64,000 nucleotides of DNA. It comes from the human T2T-CHM13v2.0 reference genome, Homo sapiens. The stretch is from NCBI RefSeq assembly GCF_009914755.1, contig NC_060933.1. One strand, written 5' to 3'. The translations under genes and the position numbers were made by a program. Below are positions 39,058 to 54,206 of this stretch, one piece after another. The notes beneath the pieces were generated by a model. That model saw nothing but the letters and a program-made list of their open reading frames with translations, was not told where the DNA came from and ran no database searches. Each line of letters begins with the position of its first letter. The stretch's first letter is position 1.

Positions 39058-40059
39058 TTATCTTTGTGGGCCAGGCGCAGTGGCTCACGCCTGTAATCCC
39101 AGCACTTTGGAGGCCAAGGCAGGTGGATCACGAGGTCAGGAGATCGAGACCATCCTGGCTAACACAGTGAAACCCCATCTCTGCTAAAAATACCAAAAAA
39201 TTAGCCAGTGTGGTGGCGGGTGCCTGTAGTCCCAGCTACTTGGGAGGCTGAGGCAGGAGAATGGCGTGAACCTGGGAGGCGGAGCTAGCAGTGAGCCGAG
39301 ATCGCGCCATTGCACTCCAGCCTGGGCAACAGAGTGAGACTCTGTCTCAAAAAAAAAAAAAAACCAAAAACAAACAAACAGAAAAAAGAATTATCTATGT
39401 GAGGTGAGGAACTGCACTCACAGTCAACCATATATGGCCTGAGAGCCAAATCCACTGCCTATTTTTGTAAACAAACCTCTCCTGGCAGTCCTCCCAATAG
39501 GCCTGTCTATTCATGTACCTGCTGCCCACAGTCACTTTCTCACTACTGTGGCAGGTGGGTTGCTGCGGCAGGGAATCTGCAGCCTGAAGGCCTCGGCCTA
39601 CACCACACCAGTGCACACCCAGTCAGAGTGAGTTTCCGTGGGCTCTGCCTCAGAAGCTGGGAAATAGCATCCTGTCCATCATGTACTGCTTCAGGCAGTG
39701 CCAGGCACAAAGCAGGAATTCCATCCTTCTCAAATCAACGACAGTTTGATTGTTCGTATTTATGTCAATAGCAATGTGAAAGCTCTGTAATACTCTAAGG
39801 CATGGCAGAAATTTTCAAGTTTTCAGGAAATCAAAGAAATAATAGCTTGAAAGGACAATGCTACCTCTGTCCCCCAGAGTTCATCTGTAAACATCTGTTT
39901 CATGCATTTGACACATATTTATTGAGCTGTACTATGCTGTGCATGGAGTCCTGAGGGCACAAAACCAGCACGGCTCCCGTCCTCATGCACCTACGGTCTT
40001 ACTAACAAGTAAACGTAGGATGTAGGATTACACCTTTGGATGAGTGCAATAAAAAATGA

Positions 40060-40317
<258 letters not shown>

Positions 40318-41263
40318 TGAAAAGGGCAGGCTCCTTAAGGTGCTTTGAGCTGCTACCAGAGTGATCTTCCAAATCCTGGTCTGGCACTGTGGGCCGGCAG
40401 AGCATTCAAACTCCCCAGTGGGCTCTCCTGCAGCCTCCCTGACTTGGCACCTGGCCTCAGGACCCTTCTCTCCAGCTCTTCTGCGGCTTGCACTCTGTAC
40501 TCCCAGATGAACCTGGAGGTCTCCAAGCCACTGAAAACCCTGAGCAAAGCACACACCACCTCATCTGATGGAAAGCCACGATGCCCACAGGATGCCCGAC
40601 ACACACACTTCTCTAGTTTTGGTGTAGACATCGCCTGCTCTCAAAAGCCTGAGCAATGCCCCAGGGCAGAACTGACCATGTTCATGCCCCCTGCTGTGAC
40701 TGCCTGGCCCAGTGCTGTGGTGGGATGGCCAACTCCTTGGACTACCTCGTATATGCTTTGTGAACAGAATCCAGTCTCCTTAAAAGTAAGACATTAGTCT
40801 TTCACTTTTGGTGTTTTTTCTTGATGCTGTACATTTTCCCCACTGTTGCTTGTTTTTTCTCAAATGTTACTGAGTGTTGCTGACTGAAGGAGCAGCAGAG
40901 GCGCATGCCCACCCCCACCCCACACTGCCGATCTTCCCTGCAGGACGGTCCTTGTGGCAGGAACTCCTGGTGTGGCATGTGCCACCTTTCAGATGTGGCA
41001 GATATGAGCTGATGGAAACTCAGTTTGCCCAAGTTCATTGCTGGGCTCCCAGACATTTCTCTGAGTTAACTGAGAGGGTACTCAGTGAGTCCTTGGGAGC
41101 TTTTCAGTTAAAATTTTAGAAACTTCTAGTTTAAGAGCAGAAGACAGGTAATGTACTATATTTTAATGACAGATATTCTTCCATAGCCTATGATAGTCTT
41201 TCAAAATTTTTCAAAAGATAACGTATTTCATAGAGCTCAGAGTAGGGGAAAAAAATAAGGTCA

Positions 41264-41452
<189 letters not shown>

Positions 41453-41510
41453 TCACTTTTCCAATTATAATTGCTAGAAGATATCACCAAAATACTACAC
41501 CACCACCTTG

Positions 41511-41712
41511 GCAGCACTGTCCACAGAACTTTCTGCAATGACAAATACCTCTGTTGTGTAGTGCCCAGCAGTCGCCATGAGCCCTGTGTGCCTGCTGAGC
41601 ACACGGAGATATGGCTGGTGCTACTGAGAGGTCACAGTTGCACCTTTTCTTATTTCCACTTAGTTTAAATTCAAACAGCCATAGCTAGCTAGTGACTACC
41701 ATTTAGACAAAG
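41511..41712. mobile_element. MER3-like DNA transposon in SPTLC1 intron 13
   Basis: cagcactgtccacagaactttctgcaatgac start; aaacagccatagctagctagtgactacc end. Confidence 0.65.
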
Positions 41713-44708
41713 CAGAGTTAGCACATGAGGAAGTGGTGCGAGCAAAGTCCTGCAGGCTGGACTTATGACCACCACCACCAGTAGAACTGCGTCAGAGAAA
41801 AACCACTGCACTTCAGATATTAGCAAAAACGATGTCCACATGTGGCATCTGGGCATGGTGCCACTGGGCACTGCAGAATCTGGCGTTAACAAAGTTTTAC
41901 CCAGCTTTCCTATATATTAACCATCTGTCAACATTAAGAAAAAATGAAAACAATCTCTACTAAAATAAAGAAAGCACAAACACCAGAGCAAGGTAATAGG
42001 CTACAGGGGTTTCTTTCTGGAGTGATGAAAAAGTTTTGGAATGAGATAGTAATGGTTGCACAACCTGCTGAATGTATGATACTAAAAGCCACTTAACGAT
42101 ATACTTCAATAGGGTGAATTTTATGGTATGTGGTATGTGAGTTATATTAAAAAAAAATAGCAACAGAGCAAAGGGCAGTGTAAAGGAAAGAACAATTATT
42201 CCATGTCTCTGGCAGTAAAAGTATCTGCCTGAAGAGGGGTCACGTCGTAGGCTGCGAGGAAGAGATGGAAAAACCATACTAGGCAATGACAACAGCCTCC
42301 CGCTGACTCTAGGCTCTGGAAGTGTACTTGGAAAAGTGAACTCCTGCAAACATCTGGACTGGCTCTGTTTCTAGCCCTGGCTGGTTAAGAGACATTATAA
42401 ACAATAGCTCAGTTTGTAAAAACAGTGTCCTGTTGAGCAACTCAACATAAACTTGGCAAAGCCTCTCAGATCTACAAAGCTTAAATAAGAGTTACAGCAG
42501 CATGGTTCTTTTCTTTCCTTCAAATATTGAAAAGATGAGGGGAGTGGAACAAAAGATTCGGAAGATTTTAAAAATGGAAGCTGTGATGATGCACAGAAGC
42601 GGGAAGATATATGTATTTTTTCTATCAATGAAGTTTCTAGATAGTATTCTGTTCCCTACCCCAGATTGTTCTCTTCTCACTCAACTCTCAAGAGGATTTC
42701 CTTAAGAGAGCCAGTATCAAACCAGGCCCACAGACAGGAGTTTGGGATCTGTGAGCTGTCCACAGACTTTTCGTTTCCTCTTTCATTACGTGGCTAATTC
42801 CTGTAAGCATGGTATTTTAACACCGAGTTGCTTCATTCGCACGTCCTCCTCTGCGTCTCTTTGGTACAAAGCAGTAGTAAGACTTTAGCTGTTGCTATCT
42901 AATGAAAAGAGAACAGAGGTGGATTTACTATGCAATGAATACACTGGCATCTGAAGGAGGCAACTGTCCCTCAACATGAAGCATGTGTGGACAACTGTCC
43001 TGATGCAGTTCGAGAAGAGACTCAGTGAGAACGGCGGAGCCATTACTCAGACCCAACACCAGCGCATGCAGCTCATGAGCCTGCTCTGTGAACACAGCTC
43101 TCAGCTGTCCCGCTGGGGCAAGTCCATTGAAAAAAACAAATTCACCTGCCTCATGAAGGTAATGAAATGAATGGGAATTTTACTGGCTTGTCCATTTAGT
43201 TTGTATTTAATGTATAAATGCGTTTTAGTTTTCCATTTGTATGAGAACTCTAATCACAAAGATGTCATACTTAGTTTTGTGTTTGTCTGTATTTAAGGAA
43301 CGTTACAATACAAACAATGAGGCAGTAAAGCAGGCAGTGGGATGTTTTTCCCTGTCTAGAGAGTCTTCATGTCCACAGAGTTGTGCCTGAGGGGACATCA
43401 GCTGCATTTCCTCACCTCACAAGATAAGTAGCTCCAGCCTGATCATTCATAATCTGACATGTTTCCTTAGGAAGCTCAGATCCTGGGGCTTTTTATTTAT
43501 TTTTTAATGTAATTGACTCTAGAAGACCACAAATTTTATGAAGTTCTCCACAAATCTGTTATTCCAGATTACGTGGCTCAAACATTTGGGACATAGGACA
43601 GCTGAAGCCAGCTAGGCAGCAGAGGCTGCCTGCACACCCGGTCTGTATACTGCACAGCCATGTGGCCTAGAAGAGCCTGCCTGAGAGGCTGTCTAGGCGG
43701 ATGAGGCTCAGGACAGGGCCTGGCCTAGGAAAGGCACATGACAGGTGGTAGCTGCCATTATGACCCCAGAAACCTAGTAGCATTGCTCATAGCTACAGCC
43801 TCTGGACAAGGAAGCAGAATCATGCCCATTTTCATTCTCAAATACATACTAGGTATATGTCAGATTCTTCTCAAAGGAGCAGCAGCAGCCCACATAAAAG
43901 TCCAGATTCTTCTGAAAGCAGATGTCCAGCATCCCAGGACTTGGAAGAGGGGTGCAAGGTGGGTGGCATCCCACTGCCCGTCCTGAGTCCTTCCTGCCCA
44001 GGTTATTCCGCTGCTCTTCCTCCCCCTTTTAAAGAAACTTCTGTTGGCTCTGAACCACTGTAAACCCGCGTGCCCAGGGCAGGAAGCACTCTGGAGGGGT
44101 AGTGCTACTGGATGAAAAGGGGCAAGCAGTTTTCCCTGGTGATGTGTTTCTTAGACAATTAGTAGTAAAATAACTTTTGGAAGATAAAGAAATTTAAATA
44201 AATCTCCCCAAATTAGGTATGTTATAAAAAGCGGTCTTCCTTTCCGTTTACAAGAGCATCCTGACTTCAGGGTGACTGTGAGTGGACTGTCCCTGAGCTG
44301 TGCTGCGGGGACAGCCAGCCGTCCAGGAATGTGTGCGATGCCCACACACAATGCCTCCCCCAACTACACATAGGAAAGCCTGGCTTTGTAAAATGGTGAG
44401 CAAGTGAGTTTTCTGCAAGGCTAATTTTTCAGAGGAGAGGCCAAGTATATTTAAATGCAAAGTGGTACAAAACACAATATCTTTGGAGGGAGCCACACAT
44501 TGACCCAATGGGAGGGCCTGCTGCCTGTTACCATGGCCAGAAGCTAGGAAGGACCTGGAGGATTAGGATTCCATGTCAAGAGCGGGTCACCAGCATCTTC
44601 CTTTCTACCCTCTTCTCTCTCAGGGCAAAGAGACTTTTCTTAAAAATTTAACATTAAAAAATTGCTTGGGGCAAGGGCAGAAGTGGTGTGGGGGGATGCC
44701 TCAAGTCA

Positions 44709-44909
<201 letters not shown>

Positions 44910-46565
44910 TTAGAAGTCCACAATGTCAAGGCACAGTGAACGTACAGAAGCTTGCGACTGATGGGAAGCATCATTCCAATTCCAACAAAGAAAGGGAAAC
45001 GAGGCACTCTGGGCAGTGCTTCCTCATCTAAAAAAGTCTGCCTGCAATGTGGCTTCCTGAGTGCAGGACCGGGTCTCATGGCCCCAGCCTCCCACCAGGG
45101 AGTCTGTGCCTCCTTACAGGCCCTCTGGGCCCCACCTTGGCCTGTCATTCCCTTGCCATGTGCTCCCTCGCCCCCAATGTTTGTTCTTCCCTGTGTTGGC
45201 TGCATGTGCCAGGGCCCAGCTCCAGCACTGCCTGCTGCTGGGGCCTTCTTCATCACCCACTTTAGGGAAGGCTCTGCTCCATCATTTGCTATTTTTCATC
45301 CTGTCTGGATCCTTCACAAGCTACTCACTACAGTTTATGTTATGCTTCCTTGCTTATTATCTATGTCTTCAGTTTTTGTCTCTCATAAATTACAGGGATG
45401 ATTTCTAACATTAACAACATTATACCCCATCTCTACAAATAAAACAAAAACAAAAACAAAAAACAAAAAATTGGCCGAGTGTGGTGGCTTGCGCCTGTAG
45501 TCCCAGCTAGTTGGGAAGCTCAGGTGGGAGGATCGCTTGAACTCAGGAGGTCAAGGTTGCAGTGAGCTGAGATTGTGCCACTACACTCCAGCTTGGGTGA
45601 CAGAGCAAAACTCTGTCTCAAAGAAAAACTCAACAAATACCAAACATACCTTATATTTTGACTAACAGCAATATGTTTAGATAGAAAAACGTCCTTATTT
45701 GCATGTTAAGTTTTAGATTTTACTTGGATTAAAATTATTTTCTTTTTACTTAGGATTAATAGCACAAAAATCTGTAGCTTCTCAAGGAGAAAGATAGATC
45801 TTTAGGGGCCAAATCCTGTATTTTTAAATTAAATTAAATTTAATCCTGTATTTTTACTACAGCTGCCATGAGATGCTATGTCATACTACTATTATTATTA
45901 TTATTATTTTTGAGATGGCATCTCGCTCTGTCACTCAGGCTGGCTGCAGTGCAGTGGCACGATCTCGGCTACTATCTAGTCAGGTTCATTTAAAGTCTAT
46001 TTTATCCTATAACAACAAATATTATTTGACTTTTGACCTACCTCCTAGGACACAAATGTGATATATGTCTATTTGAAACTGAGCTAAACATTTTAGATTC
46101 CTTTCATTTAGTTTGTTTCACCTAAAACGATTTGTTTTTCCCTCAGAATGAAATGACAATAAAAAGTACTAGGTAGCACAATGGCATCTTCCCAGTTTAG
46201 GACTCAACAAGCCTTTACAGAATGACTACTGTGTGTTACAATAATGTGAATTCTGGAAACTCATCTGACCTGGCCTTCCAATCACCCTTGGAACATTATT
46301 AATTAGCGTCTCCTTTCTTTAAATATAAATATATCATGCTAGATCTCTCAATAAAGCAGGCTACAGGTCTGAATCATGGAATCTTGAGCATGTGGAATGT
46401 GGGGGAACCTTCTAGATTAGTTCTTTACTAATGTAGAAACTAAGCAATACACTTTGAAAACCCATTTCCTGTGTAAATTCTGACCATGTTAAACGCATAT
46501 ATCAAGTATCTTTTTTTTTTTAAAGGTCATGTATTCTCACAGTATTAAAAAATTGCTTTCAGTCA

Positions 46566-46941
<376 letters not shown>

Positions 46942-47029
46942 TCAAGAAATACAAGGCGCGATGGCTCACACCTATAATCCCAGCACTTTGGGATGCCAAG
47001 GTTGGGGGGATCACGAGGTCAGGAGTTCA

Positions 47030-47338
<309 letters not shown>

Positions 47339-47539
47339 TTAAACAAAATGCCCTGTCTCTGGTTGCCTAGATGCTGAATGTCAGATGAGTTTAATTAAAA
47401 CCAAACGGACACAGTTATAGCTTGAGTTCAGCGAAGCCGTGTTTCAGAGTCTATTATACTATTCCTTAACAAAAGACTTTGCCAAACATATCATCTTATC
47501 CCAGTGGATAAACGAGCACTGGGCTAGCTCCCAGGGACA

Positions 47540-49390
47540 GAGCAATCACCAAGGTAGCCACGGTCTCCACTGTGTGCTTACAGTCTATAGGGAGAACCTG
47601 ACACCAATAACTATCTCTATTACAATGAAAACAGAGGCAAACCAGCATAGGATGTTGACTTCCTTTCCCAAACTCAATCTCAGAGATGAGAGAAGTGAGA
47701 AATTAGAGAAAAATTGAACAAAAAAATTACTCAGAACTAAACATTGAAGATACTGCCTTTGAAAATATTTATCTTTAATATATTTATTGGAAAATACGAA
47801 ATAAAACCAAAAGCTAAATGTAAGAAGCTGAAGAAGAGTAAGAACACAGTGCAATGAGACAGTGCATAAAAATAAGAAAACACACTATGATGAAAACACA
47901 CAAAACCAAATTTACATAAATAAAAAGTTAAAATAATATAGATATATGAGAGATAATCAACAACTATTCCCAAACCAAAGGCCCCAAGCCTAGATGGCTG
48001 TAAAGTGGGAGACCTACTCTCAACTTCTGAAGAAACGATCAAGCCTTGTTTTACTCAGTGCTTCCATGAAGCAGAAAGAGTGGAAAATAGCCAAATCATC
48101 TACCGAAGCTACCCTAACACTGACTCCTATGTTACGTAAAGTTGGTACAAGGTTATAGATCCATTTAAATTATAAACAGATATAAAAAGTCAAATTAAAA
48201 TATTAGCTAAATAAATCTAACAGTGTAGAAAAAGATATTATAATGAAGTAACGGTTTTCTCAAGAATGCAAGGATGGTTTAACATCAGAAAATATTTCAA
48301 TGTAATTCAGCCATAAGACAAATTTATGATTTACCTTAATAGATGTAAAAAAAATGGATAAAGTTCAACGTCTATTTATGATTTTAAAAAAAGGCCTTCA
48401 AATTTAGGAATCATTTAGCCAGGTGCAGAGGTACATGCCTGTAGTCCCAACTAGTTGGAAGGTGAAGGCAGGAGGATTGGTTGAGTCCAGGAGTTTGAGG
48501 CTATAGTGTGTTGACTATATCTGTGAATAGCCACTGCACTCCAGCCTGGGCAACATAGCACAATCCTGTCTCTTAAAAAAACCACAAAACAAAACAAAAC
48601 TAGGAATAATTCAATAAAAGCTACTCACCAAAAACCCATAGCATGATGTTTTATACTTAATGAAGAAGTGCTTCTATACTGGGAATAAGGAAGGAATGTT
48701 TGCTATTATTGCCACTGTTCAATACAAATTAGGGACTCAGACCAAAGCAATAAAATAAGAAAATGAACTAAGACGCAAAAGCATTAGGAAGGAAAGAGAG
48801 AACACCATTATTGCAGATAACAGGACTTCCATGCACATCATCATAACACAATGAAACAATTACTGGAAATACTAAGAGTTTAGAAAGACTCCTGGATATA
48901 AGGTCAGTTTAGAGAAAATAATAATATTCTTATGAATCAGCAATAATCAAGTAGAAAATATAACAGAAAAGACAACCCCATTCATAACAGCAACAAAATC
49001 TATAGGATGTCTGAAAATTCCCTTTAAAGGTTCCATAAAGGTACAAGGGCTTTATAGGAATTCCATTAAAGGACACAAAGGGAGATTTAAATAGAGAGCT
49101 CATGTTCATGGATGACATTTCCCTCCACATTCATCAGAAAATTTAATGCAGTTCCAATTAAGATTCTAGCAATAATTTTGGAGAAACCCATATTCCAAAA
49201 CAGTGATAAAAACAGACACTAGTGATAAACCTGTATTCCAAAACAGTGATAAAAACAGACAAAATCAAAAGAGTCTGAGGAATGAGCAAATATACCAATG
49301 GAATGGAAGAGACAGTTTAAAAACAGATCTAGGTACAAATGGGAACCTGGTATATGATACAGTACTGTCAACCAGTAGGAGAAAGGATGT
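47540..49390 (+). mobile_element. Very old L1 ORF2 remnants (L1M/L1ME-type) in intron 12
   Basis: caagaatgcaaggatggtttaacatcagaaaa; acaaccccattcataacagcaac; atttaatgcagttccaatt. Confidence 0.6.
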
Positions 49391-49449
49391 TTTATACTTA
49401 GCCAGATGTTATTCAGAAATTGATCTCAGTAATCTTAAACTGAAATATT

Positions 49450-51440
49450 CTTCTCTTGACCAATTTCTTTCTCCAGCCACCATCTTGTTTCTTAGTTCCT
49501 CTTCAGAGAAAAACTCCTCAAAACAGTCATCTAGGCCGTGTCCACCTGTCTGGAACCTCCTTCAAGCAGGCATTTTACCCCACACTCCCCTGAAACTACT
49601 CACCAAGTCATAATACCTCTACATAACGAAGTCAAAGGATCAGTGTTCTGTTATCTGGTCTGGCCTGTCAGCAGCGGCATGTCACAGGCTGACCTCCTAC
49701 ATAAGCAATTTCTTCCCTGGTTTCCAGGACTCTAGGCTCTTCCAGCCTGCCTCTTCCTCACTGGCCACTCTTTCTCAGACTAGTCTTTGCTAGTTTCTGA
49801 CCTCTTCACACTGAAATGCTTCATATAATATCCATACCCCAAGACTCAAACATTTATCTCTAGCTCAGTACTCTCCCTCACACTTCAGACTTGTATATCC
49901 AGCTGCTGCTCTGCACTCCATGTCTGATGGGCACTTTGGGCTTAACATAACCACTGCTGACCTTCCCCAGAAGGTATTTCTCCACAGTTCTGTCCCTCTC
50001 ACTCATTAGCAACTCTACCTATTTACTCTGACCAAACCCCCTGAGCTCTACCTGGAGTCTTCTCTTTCTCACTCACCCTGCATATGAACTTCTGCTAGAT
50101 CCAGTGTGCTCTCCCTTCAGAAGATACCCAGAATCCAGACACTTCGCAGGTCATGGCTCCCAACATGGTCAGAGTCACTATCACCTTTCACCTGCGTCAA
50201 TCTCCTAACTGGTCTCCCTGCTTCTGTTCTTACTGCTGTTCAATGTATTTTTTCACACCATGCAAAAGTAATTTTGCTAGGGTATCAGATAGGCTGTTTC
50301 ACTTTTTTGCTCAAAACCATGCCAGGGCTTCCTCTGTGTGCCAATGTCCTCATCACGGCTCACAAGTCCCTGTGTGCGGATGGCCCATGACCCAGCCCTC
50401 ATCTTCCACCAGATTTCCCACTCCTTTCCTCCTGTCACATTGGCCTCTTTGCTATTTTGTTTACTGTTCTCTGTAACCATCTAGATACCAGCACGGTTTG
50501 CCCCTGCGACCCTTATGAATGCGTGTTTACTGTGAGGTGCCATGGAGTCTTCCAACTGTGGATACTGAGTAGGCAACTGGGTGTGAGACCTGCAGCTGCA
50601 GTGGTCCAGGGTGGTGATACGAAGCTGGGAGCTGTCTCTATACAGGTGTCATGAAACGATGTGGAGCTCCAGGTGTGGGAGAAGGCAATTCTTCAAGAAG
50701 GTAATGAGAAGAAAAGAGAAGCACAGACAAAGCCTTGAAGAGCAAGGTGTTGAAAGAAAGCCTTCAGAGGAGACCGAGATGGAGCCATTCAAAGATGTAA
50801 AAGGAAATCCAGGCGTGCAGTGTAGCAGAGTCCAAAGAAGGAAAGAGTGGTCACCTGTGCTGAAAACTATGGGGACATCAAGAAGATGAGCTCTGAAGAT
50901 GGTCCACTGGATTCAGCAGTCAGTGGAGACCTCCACAAAAACAGTCCAGGCGAAGGGCAGTAGCAGAAGCCAGGTCTCAGAGCTGCCAGTGTAAGTGAAG
51001 ACGTGGAGATGATAGCTACTGAGAGGAGCAAAGACATGGGGAGTTGCAGAGGGAAACGTCAGGTGACAGGCAAGAGGAATTTAAAGTGGACATGACTGCT
51101 AATCAAATAACACAAGAAAGGGGACAGGCTGATGACAAAGTAGCAGGGACAAGCAAAGGCACTCAGTCCTTAAAAAAAGGGCCTGTGGTAGTTGGAGCAA
51201 CATTTACTGGTCTACAGGAGGGAAGACTGGTTCAGATACCCACAGGTGTGTAGATTTGTCAGGAAATATGACAGAGTCCCAAGTGACAGCATAAGGCCAG
51301 GCTGTTAGCTAAAAGTGAGGGGAGTGAAGACAGAGGATTAGGAATTTTGGAAAGAAAAAGTGTGATACAGCTGGGGTAAGTGGAGATTAGACTTAGAAAA
51401 AGGCAGGTTAACACCATAGAGTGAAAGGCATGTAAGGCTA
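49450..51440. mobile_element. Two L2 remnants in opposite orientation (pyrimidine-rich 49450-50450, purine-rich 50520-51440)
   Basis: L2-like motifs (cttcagacttgtatatccagctgc; ctcctaactggtctccctgcttc; aagatggtccactggattcagca) and a sharp switch in strand skew. Confidence 0.6.
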
Positions 51441-51866
51441 GCACTGATGCATTTCCAGTGACTCCAATATGCTAGGCTGTGTTGGCATATTAATATTTCA
51501 CAAACCAATGGAACTGGAACCAATACAAATATATCTCTCTACCATAAATCATGCAAGAACTGCTGTTACTATCACACAGACACACCCAGAACTTTAATGT
51601 CTCTGCCCCTTCTTTATCTGGAACAGCTGTGATGTACTCATTTATCAATTGTCCTTTTCTTTCAGTTAAGTCTCCAGTTTCCATATCCGGAACACAGATA
51701 GGACTTTCATGACCAAGAAAGCATGTTTAACCTTAGGAAAGGCAAAAAGAAAGACCTCGGGCAATGTGAAATCACTTTATATAAGACCAGAAATGTGCCT
51801 GGAGATATCACCAACCTCCATTTTTTTTTTTTTTTAACTACAGAGGAATCTTAAAGAGTGACTCTT

Positions 51867-51980
51867 CTAGATGACAAGTTAGTGGGTGCAGCACACCAGC
51901 ATGGCACATGTATACATATGTAACTAACCTCACAATGTGCATATGTACCCTAAAACTTAAAGTATAATAAAAAAAAAAAA
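51867..51980 (+). mobile_element. Young, extremely 5'-truncated L1 (L1PA2-like 3' end, ~115 bp) in intron 12
   Basis: ctagatgacaagttagtgggtgcagcacaccagcatggcacatgtatacatatgtaactaacc...cctaaaacttaaagtataataaaa; TSD core agtgactctt at 51857-51866 and 51981-51990. Confidence 0.92.
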
Positions 51981-51994
51981 AGTGACTCTTGTGT

Positions 51995-52026
<32 letters not shown>

Positions 52027-52472
52027 CACTGATAAAATTTCACTTGTTTCTTTTTCTTGTGTTAAAACTTAGTAATTTATTAAAAAGTAACACAGATGGT
52101 ATGAACCCAGTCATCTAATTACATAATATATAATGGCATCCCTGTGTGTGCAGACATGGAGAGATGCTTCAGTGTTTACCCTGGTTATTTCTGGTGGTAA
52201 GATGTTGGGTTGTTATTTTCATCTTTCTATCTTCTGTACTGCTGTAATATTTTATTAATGAGTTTGTTTCATTTTCAGAAAAACAAAGTCACGATTCTTT
52301 AAAACAGATGATCTGGTTTTACACAAATAAACCAATGTGAGTGAACTAAGTTTTTGGTTTCTTAGCTGCAATCTGGTCAAACTGACCCAAGCCTAGAAAT
52401 TTAAAACTTTCCATTAGTTGTTAAGTGTGGTGCAGATAAACTTTATGTTGGTTGAAAATATATAAAACTCAC

Positions 52473-52527
52473 CCTTGTAAAGCTTTATGAATTTGTCCGC
52501 ACTTTTCCTTCAACACTGCAAAAATAC
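52473..52527 (-). CDS. SPTLC1: SPTLC1 coding exon 12 (55 nt), (G)IFAVLKEKCGQIHKALQ(G)
   Basis: Acceptor TAG at 52528-52530, donor GTGAGT at 52467-52472. Split codons G|GT and GG|C join correctly to the neighbouring exons. Confidence 0.96.
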
Positions 52528-53645
52528 CTAGATGAAAAAAATACGTTTGAGAGTCTATTTGAAACTTATGATAGTACTAACCTAAAAATATTTTTGAAGA
52601 CCCAGATCAAGTTCATCAATTTAAAATGCTACAAATCCTTCTACATACTAACAGAGCCAAGAACCCATACTCCCCTGAAGGCCCAAGCTTTGTCTCTGGT
52701 GCGTGCTAACTGGCCCCTTCTCACCTCAGTATCCCACTTTCAACAAACCTGGAATGATGCTTTCAAGAACAATCAATGCCTCTTGTTCTCATCAAGATCC
52801 TAATCTGGCTAAGAATCAAAGGGTACAAATTTATTGCTTATTTCTTTATCCTAAACAATTTGGTAAAAAATCAACTATAGTAAAGTAATTTTTACAATCT
52901 TTTCTTGATATTTTCCTTTTTTATTCAAGGAAAATCCCAAAACTAAAGTATCTGATCAGAAGGTAGGCGTCCCAGGCCATCTGAGAAGCAAGCATATGAA
53001 TGAGCACAGAGACACACATTTTCTGGTTCTCTGAATTAGTATCAGTGATGAAGATTCAGAAATACTGTACCGGGTAGGGCCTGCTGCTCCCTTTCCGTTT
53101 TAAGCTTTGCAAAGGTGGCACTGTCATAGCCAAAGGCCACATTTTAAATTCTTAGTAGACTTTTTATTTTTCCCACTGAGTAAGTTCTTTGCTGGTAAAC
53201 CCGGCTTGGCCTCAGTACCAACTGATGATTCAAAGGCTAAAGGTGAAAACTCACAATATTTATAAAATTGCACAGATAAAAAAGCAGCATGCTTCAGCTG
53301 ATTTCTCAAAAAACTATTAACCAAATAAAGACTGGCTTATTTACACCAATGGAACGTTTAGGCCCAGAACTGGCTGAGAGCCCCTCGTCCTCCCAGCATC
53401 TCCACCCACTATCTGAGCTAGCCTTGCTTTGGCTCTGGCTCTGGCCCCAAGCACAGGAGAAAAGCTCTGACCCCAAGTCCTTGGGGCAGGAATAGCTTCT
53501 TCACTGCCATTCTTCCTATGAATGCCATATAATGTAACTGCAAACCAGTTTTGTCTGGCAAATAATTTCTCCAGTAAGTAAATCAGTAACACAACTAACG
53601 TAACCTGAAATCTCTTTGATTCCTTGGGTTTTTAAAGGGTTATAC

Positions 53646-53742
53646 CTGGATTCTCTTCCATGATGTTGAGGGCCTCAATTGCTGCAGCAGCTAACAGGGG
53701 AGGTAACGAAGCTGAAAAGCAGTATCCCTGGCCGGAAAGTCG
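53646..53742 (-). CDS. SPTLC1: SPTLC1 coding exon 11 (97 nt), [32 protein letters not shown](G)
   Basis: Visible in ORF 53632..53970. Acceptor CAG at 53743-53745, donor GTATA at 53641-53645. FSASLPP is a family motif. Confidence 0.97.
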
Positions 53743-54074
53743 CTGAGAAGAAACAAATGAAGACATATACACATTCTCTGTCCTTTCTAGGTAAACATTT
53801 GAAAGGCACCAGTTCTCTAGAACAACTACTGAACAGTGTGTACATGTGGTGAGGGGGGTAAGATCCAGCCATAAATAAACATTATACGTGTAACAGCAAC
53901 AAGACTTTTTGTTAAATGTGAGATCATTTCTAAATAGAAATATTTTGAGTGATTCTTTAAAAATTGACATTTAAATAAAAATTGTGTGATAAACTAAGTA
54001 AAATTTCGTATTTCAAAATTATATTTTGAGGTGACCAATGGAGAAATTAGTTTCAGTTTTAGCTCCTGTTTTTA

Positions 54075-54206
<132 letters not shown>

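Noticed and set aside
43139-43150. Strong isolated donor-like site CAG|GTGAAT on the minus strand in intron 13
   Set aside because: I found no convincing acceptor within exon distance upstream; isolated donor matches are common.
48417-48580. 7SL RNA gene
   Set aside because: It lacks most of the S domain and is diverged; better explained as a fossil Alu monomer (FAM).
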